Source of the DNA: Haliotis rubra
Lineage: Eukaryota
Length of the DNA stretch: 64,000 bases
Assembly (NCBI RefSeq): GCF_003918875.1
Contig: NW_025765015.1
Coordinates: 310,001 to 374,000, forward strand
Direction of reading: 5' to 3'
Shown piece by piece: positions 25,107 through 39,600 of the stretch. Both the position numbers and the translations under genes were made by a program. Each line of letters starts with the position of its first letter. Position 1 is the stretch's first letter. The notes under the pieces are model-generated. The model was not told where the DNA came from. It worked only from the letters and a program-made list of their open reading frames with translations, and did no database searches.

Positions 25107-26641
25107 CCATTCTCAAGATGATTCCGAAGGACCCACCCTCAGGGTCTTACGGCATATTCGACTAACAACCGACTTGATTATATTCAAAGAGATAATGCTT
25201 CAAGTCCATTGTCCTCTTTAGATATTTCACATAAGTGGATGTGCAAGAATGTTTGCCTTATAGCAAGAAAATGTTATCCATATATCAACATATGTACTAA
25301 ATTTATATTTCTTTCGGGATACATTCAGAGAAACTGACGTCTTGGTATTTATTTGTCTGTGAAATATAGATGGTGTTCATTATTTCATCTCACGGTACGC
25401 TTTTTGACACCTTGCACGCATATATTTACTCAGTGCTTTATAAACTATTGCCCAGGACATCTATATTCGTCTGGTTGAAAATGAAGATCAGACTGTCAGC
25501 CGGTCTGAAATTATACATCATAGAATGAAGGATGTAAAAACCCTTGCCTGTCTCAGTGATGTATCCTCATCCGGTGCAATGTTTCAGTGGTACGCATAAC
25601 TTTCTCTTTGAAGTTCAAGGGACAGAAAGTTGGAGACTCTGCATAAAAATTAAAATTATATATCTAGATATACTGAAAGGCAAAAGAAACGTTGTAATAT
25701 TGAAAATGACATTTAAGTATCAATGGAGTATTTGAACATATTTTTTTTAAATATACACCGGAAGTCAAGGTTAAGGAAAACATTGAATCGTGGTCGTATA
25801 GCATGTTTTGCCCAATAAAGTATTGTTTGAGATTGAGGTTAGAAATTATTTTGTTTGCGGAAAGGGAAGAGTTTGCACAAATACAACATTGAAATCTGAA
25901 CACAGCAGCTATGGCTAGGTTAACGAGAGGTATAGATGGACGATATGACGGTCCTGGTCCAATATTATGACGTGTCTCTTGCCTTTCAGTATATTTGCAA
26001 GCGACATGGTGTATATTCACATTACGCCTATCAAACGAATTATTGCTATAGCAATTAAATGTCAAATGTCATACCCTAGTGTGTGTTGTGCGTTACCTTC
26101 ACATGCAGTATGTGTGCCATGAAGATGCATGCTGAACTTTTCACACAATGTCGTCATCTCTTAACAGCTAATTACAACTGTTACAGAAGAGTGGCATACC
26201 CGCTTTTGCGTTTGTATCTGCACCTATGTATTTCATACAGTAGCACAGCCACTGAGACAAACCAGACAATGACACTTAACCTTCTAAAACCAGTATGTGT
26301 ACGTTTGCTCAGGAATTGCCAGAATGGACTCATGTAGGCTTTTCGTGGGATCACTCCTGCCACTCCTCCCTATTGACCATAATTTCACGTGTTCTTTATG
26401 TGTTTGTATCAAATATATAGTTTATAGTAAATTCATCCACGAGCGATTTTAAACAGCCGACAAGCAAAAGTTTCCTCCTTCTGGGACATGACTGGGCATG
26501 AAAAGGTGACCAAGGTCCAATGTTTTCCTTGTATAACATTACGATATCTTGTGGATATCCAAAGCGTGTGTCTAAATATACAGGCACGTTGTTATGAAAA
26601 CTCCGTGCATTATCCCCGTCGTTGCAAATACATGTATGCCG

Positions 26642-26988
26642 TGGGGCTGGCTGTCGACATAGATCATAGAAATCGATAATCGTTTACTAAATATCGATTT
26701 CGGAGAAGTAACTTTGAGCAAAAACGAATAAAAATGCCTGAAGGAAATGAATATATTTCACACCACTGGTGAGTTGTGACATGTTCATGCATGAGTTACA
26801 AACAAATCAGCGTCCTCTACATAATGGAGAAGCAGCCCATGTATAAATACCTAACTTTGTGTTTGTGTGAGTAAATTAAAACGTTATTCTATCACAAAAG
26901 TTTATGTACCCTAATTATCGATGACACTATTTTCAAATCGATAATCGTAAATATTATTTCCGCTTATCGACCTTTTTAGCCAGCCCTT
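26642..26988. mobile_element. hAT-like MITE
   Basis: GGGCTGGCT/AGCCAGCCC ends, subterminal ATCGAT repeats, imperfect 8-bp TSD GTATGC(C/A)G. Confidence 0.65.
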
Positions 26989-27057
26989 GTATGCAGATAC
27001 TTAAATATTATTTTTCCTGTGATATATTTCCTTCCCTGTACGATTACATGGACATTA

Positions 27058-27976
27058 GTGCATCACCAAATGCATTACGCAGTGCATCATCACTCAATGC
27101 ATCACACAGTGCATCACCACCCAATGCACCACCAAGTGCATCATCACCCAATGCATCACCAAGTGCATCATCACCCAATGCATCACCCAGTGCATAATCA
27201 CACAGTGCACCATCACCCAATGCATCACACAGTGCATCATCACACAGTGCATCATCACCCAATGCATCACACAGTGCACCATCACCAAATGCATCACCAG
27301 TGCATCACCCAGTGCATCATCACCCAATGCATCACCCAGTGCATAATCACACAGTGCATCATCACCCAATGCATCACACAGTGCACCATCACCCAAATGC
27401 ATCACACAGTGCACCATCACCAAATGCATCACACAGTGCATCATCACCCAATGCACCACCCAGTGCATCATCACCCAATGCATCACCCAGCATCATCACC
27501 CAATGCATCATCACCAATCATCACAGTGCATCATCACCCAATGCACCCCATGTGATGCATCACCCAGTGCATCACCCAGTGCATCATCACCCAATGCATC
27601 ACCCAGTGCATAATCACACAGTGCATCATCACCCAATGCATCACACAGTGCATCATGCACACCAAGTGCATCATCACCCAATGCATGCATGCATCACACA
27701 GTGCATCATCACCCAATGCATCACACAGTGCATCATCACACAGTGCATCATCACCCAATGCATCACACAGTGCACCATCACCAAATGCATCACACAGTGC
27801 ACCATCACCAAATGCATCACACAGTGCATCATCACCCAATGCACCACCCAGTGCATCATCACCCAATGCATCACCCAGTGCATCACCCAGTGCATCATCA
27901 CCCAATGCATCACCCAGTGCATCATCACCCAATGCATCACCCAGTGCATCATCACCCAATGCACCACACAGTGCAT
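27058..27976. repeat. CAT/CAC-rich minisatellite
   Basis: AGTGCATCATCACCCAATGCATCACAC-type units. Confidence 0.9.
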
Positions 27977-28025
27977 CCCGGAGTAAGGGCACAGTCAAAG
28001 AAGGATCGCAATGTCTGGCGTCCTG

Positions 28026-28132
28026 GGTGCCGTTGTTCAAAACAACCTTAGCGCTAAGGCTACCTTAAGTCAGTGTTAAAGTATGGGAGTTACGGTCACC
28101 TTAGTGCTAAGATCGCTTTGTACAACGGCACC
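28026..28132. mobile_element. Harbinger-like MITE
   Basis: ~35-bp imperfect TIRs GGTGCCGTTGT..CCTTAG; CTG 3-bp TSD. Confidence 0.65.
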
Positions 28133-29419
28133 CTGGACCTTAACCCTGACTGGTCTGATTATGAGAAGACAACACTTAGAGAAAACATATCGTTTGCATA
28201 CAGAATGTAAACCTTCTATTATGTATTATAACTTTTGGGACATAATTCATAAATTCCTTTTTGAAATAAATGAAATATAAAAGTAACAACAACTTTGTGT
28301 TGTTCACAAATGGTTGAAATGGCGATTCGCCCCAACTTTAGACAGGTCCTGTCACAGATAAGGGGTACTGACATCCCACGGCAACTTTTGGAGACTAAAC
28401 AGTTTGGGTCGGCTGCAAGTATGAAACTAAACAGCAACCGTTATGATAACATTGTTAAATCAGAAAGTTGTCAACAACGACAGAAAACATCAAAACATAA
28501 TTTTATGCAATGCCCACCATGGGAACACTGATTTTTCAAAAATACTGTATAAACTTATGTTGGTCGTTATCAGTATTTGTAAGCTATAGAAAGTTTCGAT
28601 GAATCACTGTATCAACAACGTTCGTTGTACCACCTATGTTACCGGCAGGAATCTATATCCCTCTTACATAGAAATTTGTACGGGAAGTGTATAATTTGTG
28701 AACAAAGTTATTGAAAAGTATTCACAATTCATAATTTTGTATGAAATAGTATCATGTTGTCAATAAAATATACACCTTTACAACTATAGTTTATTCCTTT
28801 TTGCGTGTGTCCATATCAGAATTGTTAACAGTTGACTCTCTGAAAACCTATATGTTGATTGTAGGAATACTCGTCAGTGTTGTGTTTAGTTATCTCGGCA
28901 TAATATAACCACAACAGAAAATCAATAACGTTGTTTATGTTTGTGTGGGCGATTACATACAAAAGAATAATTCTTATCATTTCGCAAAACTTGAGCACAT
29001 AACACCGGAACCCGTGAAGATTCCGGTTAGAATGGATCTTCAGCAAGCCATGCTTGTTGTAAGAGGCGAGTAACGGGACCGTGTGGTCAGGCTCGCTGAC
29101 TTGGTTTACACATGTCATCGTATCCTATTTGTATAGATCGATGATCGGCAGATCACCAACATTTACAGATACCACAATTACTGTTATTATACCTGAAAAC
29201 AAACCCCAGATGTCACACGATGCATAAATATATCACAAAATACCATACCTTGACAGGATTTTTGCACAATACTTGAAGTGAAATATAAGACAATACCCCA
29301 TACGTTTATGCTGTTGCCCATTCATATTTTTAACACATGCATGTAAATAAATAATTTCAACTTTTGCCGTTGGGTAGGTACGTACAGGATGGCCGACATG
29401 TTGTTTTACCTAACTATGA

Positions 29420-30388
29420 GCGAGTGAGTGAGTTAATATTTATCGTCACATCGGCAATACTTCAGCCATATCGTGACGAGAACAATTAATTACATTATAG
29501 ATCAATTAAATTGCAAAATAAATACCTGTTGACGAAGAACAGTAAAACTACTATTGTATTACATATATCCATTTAAAAATAGTAATGCGATCTGAAACAT
29601 TTGAACTAGAAATGACAAGACAATGTAAAATCAGGCTATAGATTGTCAACAACTGAAAGTAGATCACCATACTAAGGACCACAGGGACTTACAGTGCATT
29701 TGCTTCCTGCATGGACCCTTAGTTTGGCATGAAATGCATGTGGACCCGGTTTTTTGTAAATATCTCTTCATCCAATAACCCAATCGATCTCAAACTGTGC
29801 AAGTGGATGTTTTGTCAGACAACCTAATCACATTGTAAATCACCGATTTTATGCATTTGTATTAAAGAATCTGTCTATGTAACTGTCAACAAAATAAACA
29901 GCAGAACGCAGACGGCTTGCAGAGGGATGGAGCCAATGGCCTGTAACATTGGATGAAGAGATATTTACCAAAAACCGGGTCCACATGCATTTCTTGCCAA
30001 ACTATAGCTGGAATGACACCATCCCTTCAGCAGTCAGCAAGTTTAGACAATTTAGCCATACATTTAAAAACACACATATACTACGATTAAAATAATGGAG
30101 AGTTTTAATTTACCTTGAATGTTTGTGGACTTACGTACCCTCTCAGGGCAATAATTTTACAGTAGTTAAACCCCCTTTGAGGATACAGCCACTCACAATC
30201 TAAGTTACTAACTTAAACTTACAATCATAAAATATTTATCTATTTACAAATTATTTAAAAAATCTATTTCTTTTAAAAATGCAATAACTAAATGAGAACT
30301 GATACTATTAAAAAGATCCTTCATAGTTCGTGATTCGTATCCCTTGTGATGGAATATTCAACACAGTCAAGCAGGACATGCCAGAACG
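29420..30388 (-). mobile_element. 5'-truncated LINE 3' end (I/Nimb-like C-terminus) with (ACTC)n tail
   Basis: HVLLDC..DLF..FLKEIDFLNNL-stop; TSD TAACTATGA at 29411-29419 and 30389-30397; related copies ~19510-19777 (-), ~49260-50110 (+), 50120-50360 (-, TSD TCACTTTGTGTGA). Confidence 0.7.
29720..30004. mobile_element. MITE nested in the LINE fragment
   Basis: ~57-bp TIRs TAGTTTGGCATGAAATGCATGTGGACCCGG.. Confidence 0.8.
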
Positions 30389-30796
30389 TAACTATGAAGA
30401 ATGACGAACTATGGTCTGTGTATTTGTTTAGAAGGCAATTCAAATAAGTTTTATTTATACTTTAAATAAAGAAGAATATGCAGATTTTACCAAGCATATA
30501 ATTTATGTGGACATTCAGCCCCCGGGTTTGTTGTCAACATGTCACAACGTCATTGGCACAATCAAGAATACCCTTCTTACGCAGATTTCAAAGACTAATA
30601 CAAAACCAAATCTCCATTCTGCAAAGTCATCGCAAACATTTCGGCGGTGCGTTTAAAAGCATCGAAATATGGATCGGCTCTTTCTATGTGGAATACAAAT
30701 TTGCTTATTAGAGACTATTATTTCGACAGGTTTTTTTTTGTGTTCAGCGCTATTCTCTCTGCACTGCGACACCTACCGGAGGATCGAAGAATGATA

Positions 30797-30972
30797 GGGG
30801 CGATGGGGTAGCCTTGTGGTTAAAGCGTTCGCTCGTCACGCTGAAGACCCGGGTTCGATTCCCCACATCGGTACAATATGTGAAGCCCATTTCTGGTGTC
30901 CCCCGCCGTGATATTGCTGGAATATTGCTAAAAGCAGCGTAAAACCAAACTCAGTCAGTCAGTCAGTCAGTC
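30797..30972 (+). mobile_element. SINE family S1
   Basis: Full head with GGTTCGATTCC B box and (AGTC)n tail. Confidence 0.8.
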
Positions 30973-33682
30973 GAAGTCTGATAAAAAAAGGGGTACAGCA
31001 AGGAGGTACAGGTACAGCAAAATGGACACATGTTTTTGTTGCTTACAGGACTATCGTTGAACTTCATTATTACGCACAGTGAATAACTACATAGTATCCC
31101 TTCAGAGTTTACAGTTAAAAGAACAGCTCATAACATGTGCGGTCTATAAAATGTGAAATCTGAGATATAGTATCACTGGACATGACCATTTACGTTTCTT
31201 TATGTATTTTGCAGTTAAGGCGTAGTTTTATACACAGATACAGATAAAAGAATGCAGCAAAATATGCGGAATAATTGCTTTCTATTGCCCTATCATTTTT
31301 TTCGTATGAACCACTTTGACTAGTAACGATTGAGGCTACACCTTGGGGGTAAGGCAGTTACAACCAAAACAAGTGATATGTACAATATCATATAGTCACC
31401 TTGTTTGAGAAATATATCCGTCAATATCCACAAATTGACAACACCCCATACATCTTAAACTTGTTCGATGTCGCGTGTCTTTGTAACAATCTAATATTAA
31501 AAAATATCTCAGCGTTTCGTGATATTATACCCAGTGTTCATCTTTCAACTGATCATGTGAGTTTGTTTCAGGTGTTTCACATCGGTGTCATGGCTCCTTA
31601 GTCAGCAGAGATAGCACATGTGATGTCTATTTCTATGACATTCACAGTTCTTTAAAAGAGTGGATTTAGTTAGGCAACAATGAACAATCCTAAGTATAGG
31701 ATTTCAGTTGTTAAGTAGAGGGTTGCCGTTGGTTAGGATATGGTTGCCGTCGGTAACTACAGCAGTGCATTTGGGTAGGTACGTATAGGATGGGCAACAT
31801 ATTGCTTTACATATCAACTATGAAGAATGGCCAACTATGGTCTGTATATTTGTTTAGAACGCAATCCAAAATAAGTTATATTTTCAGTGTGTGCATAAAA
31901 ATACATGTACATCTATCCTGATCCTCGAAAGCAAATTTGTAACCATTCTCAACTTATTACCTGCATGCAGAGTATCGGTAGGTCGAACAAGGATGTGGAA
32001 GTCTCTGTATGTAGAGGTGAGATTGCAATTCTAGCCATAGTACAGTCTAGCCGTATAGGAAGACACCATTTCAAGTTGGAGGAAGGGGGTGGGGGTGGGG
32101 AGGGAGGAGAGAGAATTCATGACGCTATATCGCCTAAGCAAGCTCAAAGTTCAAACCCGCAATCTGAGAGTGAGGAGCCAGGCTAAATCCTGGAGGTCAA
32201 TCCAAAAAGTTACCAGCATTTGTACTTTTCTAAGAAAGAGTTATCTCAAATATTACATTTGTTACACGGCAATGTACTAAACCTATATTTATTGAGAATA
32301 ATAAAGACAAGCATGTAAGGCTCACATACTATGTATTTATATGCCATACATAGGAGCAGGGTAAACAGAAAGCCTACATTACGTTTTCATTGTATTTTGC
32401 TTAAAGCCCAACATACAATTTAACGTGAGATATTATTAAAGTTATAAAAGTGTACTGACTAAAGCTTATCGATATTTTAGGTTGGTTCTACAGCACATGC
32501 AGCGTGGTTCTCAACTTAACTACCTCATAGCATTCATTCTGTTTTTGAGGTTTTCACTACGTCAGGCAGTCACAAAACATGACAACGCTACACCTTTCTA
32601 TAGACATGCCATTCAAAATGAAAGTGGTAAATGTGTAAACTGTCGGTCGGTAGTTTTCCTCATAGGTAATACATGTATATGGTAATCTATGTCCGTGTCA
32701 CTTAACGTGAGATCCACTTCCCTGTGTGATCTGTGTCGTAATGTGATCTCTCTGTCGTGATGCGATCCCAGCCCGGGAACATCTCAGCATTATTCATATC
32801 AGGTGAGTTTCAAAGTTGTTTTATGTTTTCTCACGATCTCATTATAATTTCCTTTTTCTGGATAAACGTGTATCGATTGTTATAGAGCACGTATTACAGG
32901 GAACCACCACTGAGCATGCAGGAGATTTATTTTCCTTACTGCCAAGCCTTCTCTGCAGTGCTAAAGCCCTAAATGAAGCAAGTCTAGATTTCCTCAGGTT
33001 CAGGTTCTGAATCTCTTGTCCTTCTATGGCTCCTTTTCAGTTTAAATGGGCTTGTGTGTTACTGTCAAAACTATATATATTCAGAGACTAAGCATTAGTC
33101 TAGCAGGAGATTATATACAGCGTTGTGTAGCAGTGAAATATTTTGTGCTTCGTCGGGTGGACGTGCTGGTGGGGGAGTGGGATAACTGGACATCGGGACT
33201 TCAGGAGAGGTTGTTGTTGGTGGGTGGCTTGACAGTCGATCCCCTCAGTCCAGTCACAATGACACACAATCTACCAGTGAGTGAGTTTAGTTTTACGCCG
33301 CACTCAGCAATATTCCAGCAATATGGCGGCGGTCTGTGAATAAACGAATCTGGACCAGACAATCCAGAGATCAACAGCATGAGCATGGATCTACGCAAGT
33401 GAGAGCTGAGCCGATGACATGTGTCACAATCTACCAGGTCACACATTGTGGCCGATTTATTCCACATTGATGTCCCCGAATTAGGGGAAGGGGTTCACAT
33501 TGCATTCATTCAACACCTCTGGTCTCACCAAGGCTTTAGGGACACAGGGATATATTTCCTTGTCACAGCATCGATATTCGTCTATTTTATATCAGAAAGA
33601 TATTCATTTCGTTCAGTTGCAAATGTTACTTTTGTTGTAAATATGTGCTCATGTTTATTTCAGTATTGCAACACTAAAAGCA

Positions 33683-36600
33683 ATGAAAGCTTTACACCTA
33701 TTTTTAGGTAATTACTTTATTCTTGATAGAATTGGTTATTACGTAATTCATGTAAATTCTTTCTCTAAGATCTAACATCCCCAAGGTCAAAGATGTGATG
33801 TGAGGGGAAATTGGGTTTAACGTCGAGCTTGAGAATATTTCGCTCATATGACGACGTGCATGCGTGTGTATGTGTATTTGCGGCTGCTTGTACTAGCCCA
33901 GACTGAAGCTGGTTTTATGGTGCTAGCCCACTGAGATACCATGCCGCAGTGAAGCATGAATACCCCACTCAGACACATATACTGACTCCGAGCCGACCAG
34001 TCCTTCTGTACCCATTAATGCCGAGCGCCAGGCAGGGACCAACAAGTACCATATATTAACGTCTTTTTGGTATGACGCGGTCGGGGATCGCACCCGCGAC
34101 CTTACGCTCTCCGGGCGGATGCTCTAACCAGTACACCACGGAGGCGGTCCAAGGTCAAAGAAACCATGGAACAAGTAGTAAAGCAAACACATGTAAACAC
34201 TATTTGAAATGTAATAAATCAATATCACCTATGCTTTTCTGTTTTGGAAGAGTAAACTTGTTGGTAGTAGTAATCTACAGTCACTTGCTCACTTCAGGCT
34301 GACACGATCATGGATCAAATCAAACTCATGTCAAACATTAATGATGCACGTTGATATTGTTACATTTGTGCAGTGCTATTTATCTCATGACATAATATTT
34401 ACTCTGTGTAGTGTGTGCAGTCATTGTAGGCTGGATCCCCTGCGGATGTGCAGTACGTACGTCAAAGTAAGTAGAACACTTAATGCTGAAGTTACAATAA
34501 TGATAATAATACAGGAAATTTATATAGCGCTAAATCCAACCACTAAGTGGGTGCTCAAAGTTAAAATTTAATGGTCTAATGACAACCCAGCCAAACAATG
34601 CACTTCTTATCGCCAATACACCAATCACATAAAGTCAACCCATTCTTGGAACCAAACGTTAGTTTCTAGGATAGTTAACATATTTACAGACAGACAGACA
34701 GATGATTTTATTTGTATGAATGGCCATGAGGCCAACAGTTACATCGACATTCATAATAGTAAAGAGTCCGGACATTGATTCACATATAAACTGTATGTGA
34801 TGGTACTTTTGTACAATACACAGCTAAACGTACTAGTATATAAGCTGATTTTGAATTCAGAAGAGTAACGAACTTGTGATAGTTGGGGTTGGAGTAGTAA
34901 TAACATGGTAGATATTTTTTCCGTAGATCGTTGTACAATGGACATTCTAGTAATACGGGATATTCATTTTCTAACTTATCAAGGCAATGTGGACACTTGG
35001 CAATTGCGATATCTGCACTTTTCGATCTTCTGTATAATTGTATGTTAAAACCAGCAATACCACATCGAAATTTTGTCAGTGCTCTACGCAGATGAGCAGA
35101 GGGCAAGACTCGAAGGTAAGTTTCCGGCATTACATCAAGTTTATAGGTTGAATATGTGCATAAATATTAGGAAGCAGTCACGGTAGCTGACCACTCTTGA
35201 TAATAAACATCTTTACATCTTTGTGTGAATATACACGTGAACAATTCTTTATTACCTACGTCTTGGTTCAACCAAGCATAAGACAAGCCATGCTGGAACA
35301 ATAACTCTCGCACTGCTGAGGTCCAATTAATATCTCCAGAATCATCTAAACGTTTTAACATGAGATACGATCGTTTCGAAATGCGAGAATCAGGCTGTCT
35401 GGGCAACCGAATCCAGTATGATATTACTCTAGCTTTGTAATTTACATGCAGTGGATATCGTCCACACTCAGCTAGGATAGCTTTTGTGGGTGAGCGGTAA
35501 CCAATTCGTAAGACAAATGTACAAAAATTTGAACATACCTTTTCCAATGTTGTGGCGATACACTGTTCCCCAGATTTCTGCCCCGCACAATGGGATAGGT
35601 TGGATTTTTCCATCGAATATTTTAAAAGCGATGTCTGGAAGCACTGATTTATAGGTGCAGATAAATTTATTGATTGGATACAGAGCCTTCTCGGCTTGCT
35701 TAGATGAAAAAAACCATCACAAGCTTTAGAGAACATATTTCTACATGACAAAGTTAATCCCAAATATTTGTAATAATTGACAGTTTCAAGTTTCTCATTA
35801 GCAATGTACCACTTTTCATGCTTTGATACTGTGCCACCTTTTCTAAACACTACGACCTTAGTCTTGTCGGTATTTATAGAGAGTCCCCACTTCTTGCAAT
35901 ACCTTTCTAGAATATACATTTTCTTTTGTAAATTTATAACATTGTCCCCAAATATTGCAACATCATCGGCAAACAGGAGAATGGAGAGTGCGTTGACAGC
36001 TTCGTCAATAAATGCACCACTGTGATCGCTGTTCACAATATCTTTAACAAGTTCATCAATATATAGAATGAATAGAATACGGGATAAAATGCAACCTTGA
36101 CGGACTCCTGTCGTACAATTAAATACCTCGGTCATTGTTTGCTTACTACACCGAACAGCAGACTTAACGTTTGTGTACATATTACGAAGCAAGGTGTTTA
36201 TTTTACCATATAGGCCATTATTTAGGAGAACCGAAAGCAGTTTACTTCTATCCACTGTATCAAAAGCCTTCTTGAAATCGACGAAAATACAATAAAATTT
36301 GCCGCCTTTCTTTCTGATATATTTATGTTATCGTTAACATATTTACCATATATGTATTTGTTTTGCTCTCTTTTTTGACAATGAATTGTTTGGTTCCACT
36401 ACACTGTAGTGTTGGAATACAAATTTTTAGGAATCCTCGAACAACAATACCCGTACCATGAGGGTAGTTTGGTAAGGATAAACAATAATTTCAGCCTCTG
36501 TTCAGATCAATACATAGTGGAATGTACTTGTAACCCCCTTGTTGTTATCAATTCATTTAAATTTAAGAGACATTGTTTTGCAGTCTACATCTAAATCATC

Positions 36601-39600
36601 AAATACTAAAGTTCATTTCTGTTCACTGATGAAAACTAAATTTACGTCATGTTTTCATAAACCCACGATTTCCTCACTTGGTGGTTTTTAAAGTGATTTA
36701 AAAAGCATAACTAAAAGCCATACGTTTTAGGACAGAGTTCACTGTTGTACGCCTTTGTCCATGCTCCACACTCCACTGTCCAGAACAACATAACACGTGA
36801 ACAAGTGCTAATGTTTTTGGTGTGTTTAGAATCCTGCTGGCCCAATTAATCTTTTACAGTTCGCCCCCTTTCCTGCTCCATTTTTAACATTCATTTGACT
36901 GCACTGATGAGACGCAATGGGAGGGTGTATGTTGAAATAGTTCCTCTTTTGCGTGAATCGTAACAAAAAGTTAAAATGTCATTTACATATTTTGCGTATT
37001 AATTTAGTAGTTTCTGTTTTTCCTCTAAAGGTCGTTTGGTAAAGATTTATGCATTATTTTTTTCTCGTAAACATAGAACACAAAGCATGTCATTCGTCTT
37101 TACAGGTGTTTCTGCAAGAGAAACAAACGTAAGTATAAAACTATGAAGTTTAAATCAAGGTGATTACAAAATGACTTGAGTAATAAATGCTTCATATCCT
37201 TTAATCAAATCTATGTACAAAGATGACATAAAATCGCAATACCACAACACACGTAATATAATGCGTTTTACTAAAATACATCAACAAAGTTCTATGTTTT
37301 CGCAGATAACCGTACATGTACATGCAACTGGTCTCGAGGTTCCTTTTACTGTATCTCAAATAATTGCAGGTAAGCGTTCAAGTCTCTAAGACTTGCAGGT
37401 ATGGTTCTATGGTAAAGTGCATTTATGGTTCCCGTTGGCGTATGACTTGTTCAAAGTAATTGTTTGAACTACCATAAGCCTCCAAGATGACTTGAGATAA
37501 AGTTTTCATGATAACAGCCTTGATATCTTTGTCATTTAGCGCATGGTGCTTTATCGTGTGATCAATAACATTTCTAAAATTCTGGAAACTCTTGCTTGAT
37601 AGCCTTAGTAGCGAAACATAACATTATAACAAGTTTGTTTGTGTTTGTATTTTTAATGTGTATAAATATATTTCATAAGACAAACACACTTCTCGTTAAG
37701 CCTTCATGTCTTACAACGACAATACGTAGAAATGTTAAACAATGGAATCTTTTTACCTACTGTGCAGATGTCCACCAAGGTGCAGTGTCTGTTGTAATAT
37801 TTGTGAGTATTACACAGTACATGAGTTGACCTTTCTTCAAGTATTATTAATTTTATCACACCATTCGAACTTCTTCAGTTCACCACTACGTTTAACAGCT
37901 CAAGATGACTTCTTATACACCCTTTAGAGAGGTTTAACAAATGAAGAAATAGGAAGTACATGGCGGGGACAGTTTGCATGTTTATATATTGTGAAGGTGA
38001 ATATTTTATGTGACATATTATTGTATAGAGCTATATCCGAATTACTCGTAACTTTCAATTGAAAGATGAAAACATTCAAAATACAACTACAATATCCATT
38101 GATATCCAAATCGGAACAAAAACAACAACATGTCACGTTACGACACAAGGGGCAACCACAGCTAAACATGTCGCTACGACCACCGATCCAGCCAATACTA
38201 CAAGAGCCACTTCTACCACCTCTTCAACAACAACTACACGTGTTATCACGACCACCGCATCTACAACTTCACATGCCACATCGACCAACAGAAGGACGAC
38301 GGATGCTTATTCACCTACAGATGCCGAAATGTCACCCGTTACAACTACACATAGGGATGTTTCTGGAACAACAACGGACCACACTGGTAAGACTCAAGCT
38401 TAGTGGCGTAAATTCCCTGTTTAGAGATATCTAAAATGAAACATGAGATTTATACAAGCCCATTCATTCTTTCCGAACCGTAACATAACTACAAAACTGA
38501 CAAAGATGGATTCAACCAACACCCACCAATTATTCCGTTTTTTTCGGCAGATCGGAACCCTCGTGGACCCTCGTCGGCGTCTTATAGCTCGGTAGCAGGA
38601 GTTGGAGGTGTGATCGGAGGTGTCATCATCACTGTCTGCATTGTTGTGCTGTGGCGCTGCTATCGCTCTCGACAAATGTATGGTATATTTCAACATCACA
38701 TACCCCAACTACAACATAATACTGAGTATAACTGTTACGCCTCTTAGTGTCACGAGTAATACCACGGTATATCAGCTACATGTTGGCGGAAATACTCAAA
38801 TAATATTGGTGAATTGTACGACCACAGGTATGCTTGTGACAAAACCTGAAATATAAACTTTCGTATCTTTGGTTCGAACCATCAACCACGTTTTGGCACG
38901 AGATTCTACACTGCATATTTGTAGCATGGAATAATCTATTCTATCATTTCAAGATGGAAATAATATTGTTTGCTATATATATAAACTACACCATATCATG
39001 AAAATTACTTCTCAGTAACAGACAGACAAACGGAGAAGAGGGAGAGAAGAAAGAGTCGAATACAAGCTTTGGATTAGTAAGTTTGCATCTATTCACGTGT
39101 ACATATTACGTATGGGTGGATTACTGGATGGATGCGAGTCTGCATGCGTGCGTGCGTGCGTGCGTGCGTGTATGCGTGCGTGCGTTCGTTCGTTCGGTCA
39201 CACATTCGAAATTTACTCTACACTTACGATATATTAATTTGGATGTAATCTGCACAATTTCTTCCGATGTCTTCGGAATTAAAAGGTTTCAATATATATT
39301 TAAGACTTTGTTGTGCTTCAATGATTTGTCATAACAGAAAGTAGGAAGATGATAGTTATCTACGTATCCATTCCAGACCCAGTACCGGTCTGTGTTACAT
39401 ATGTGTAGGTTGGATTGATGATATGCAGAAATCTCAGTCCACTTGATTCAGCTGTGAAAACAACACATAAACCACACAGCATAACAAATACATCTGAAGC
39501 TAACACAGCTTTTTGTTTTCAGGATCCCACAACGTCGTCAGGGAGAAAACCCGACCCAGTCCCAGTCCCAGTCCCAGATATTATCAAGATATCTACTGGA

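Noticed and set aside
26991-28068. His-rich, Ser/Pro-rich and GDDAL ORFs
   Set aside because: Open in many frames on both strands because of the low-complexity repeat; no supported splice or start context
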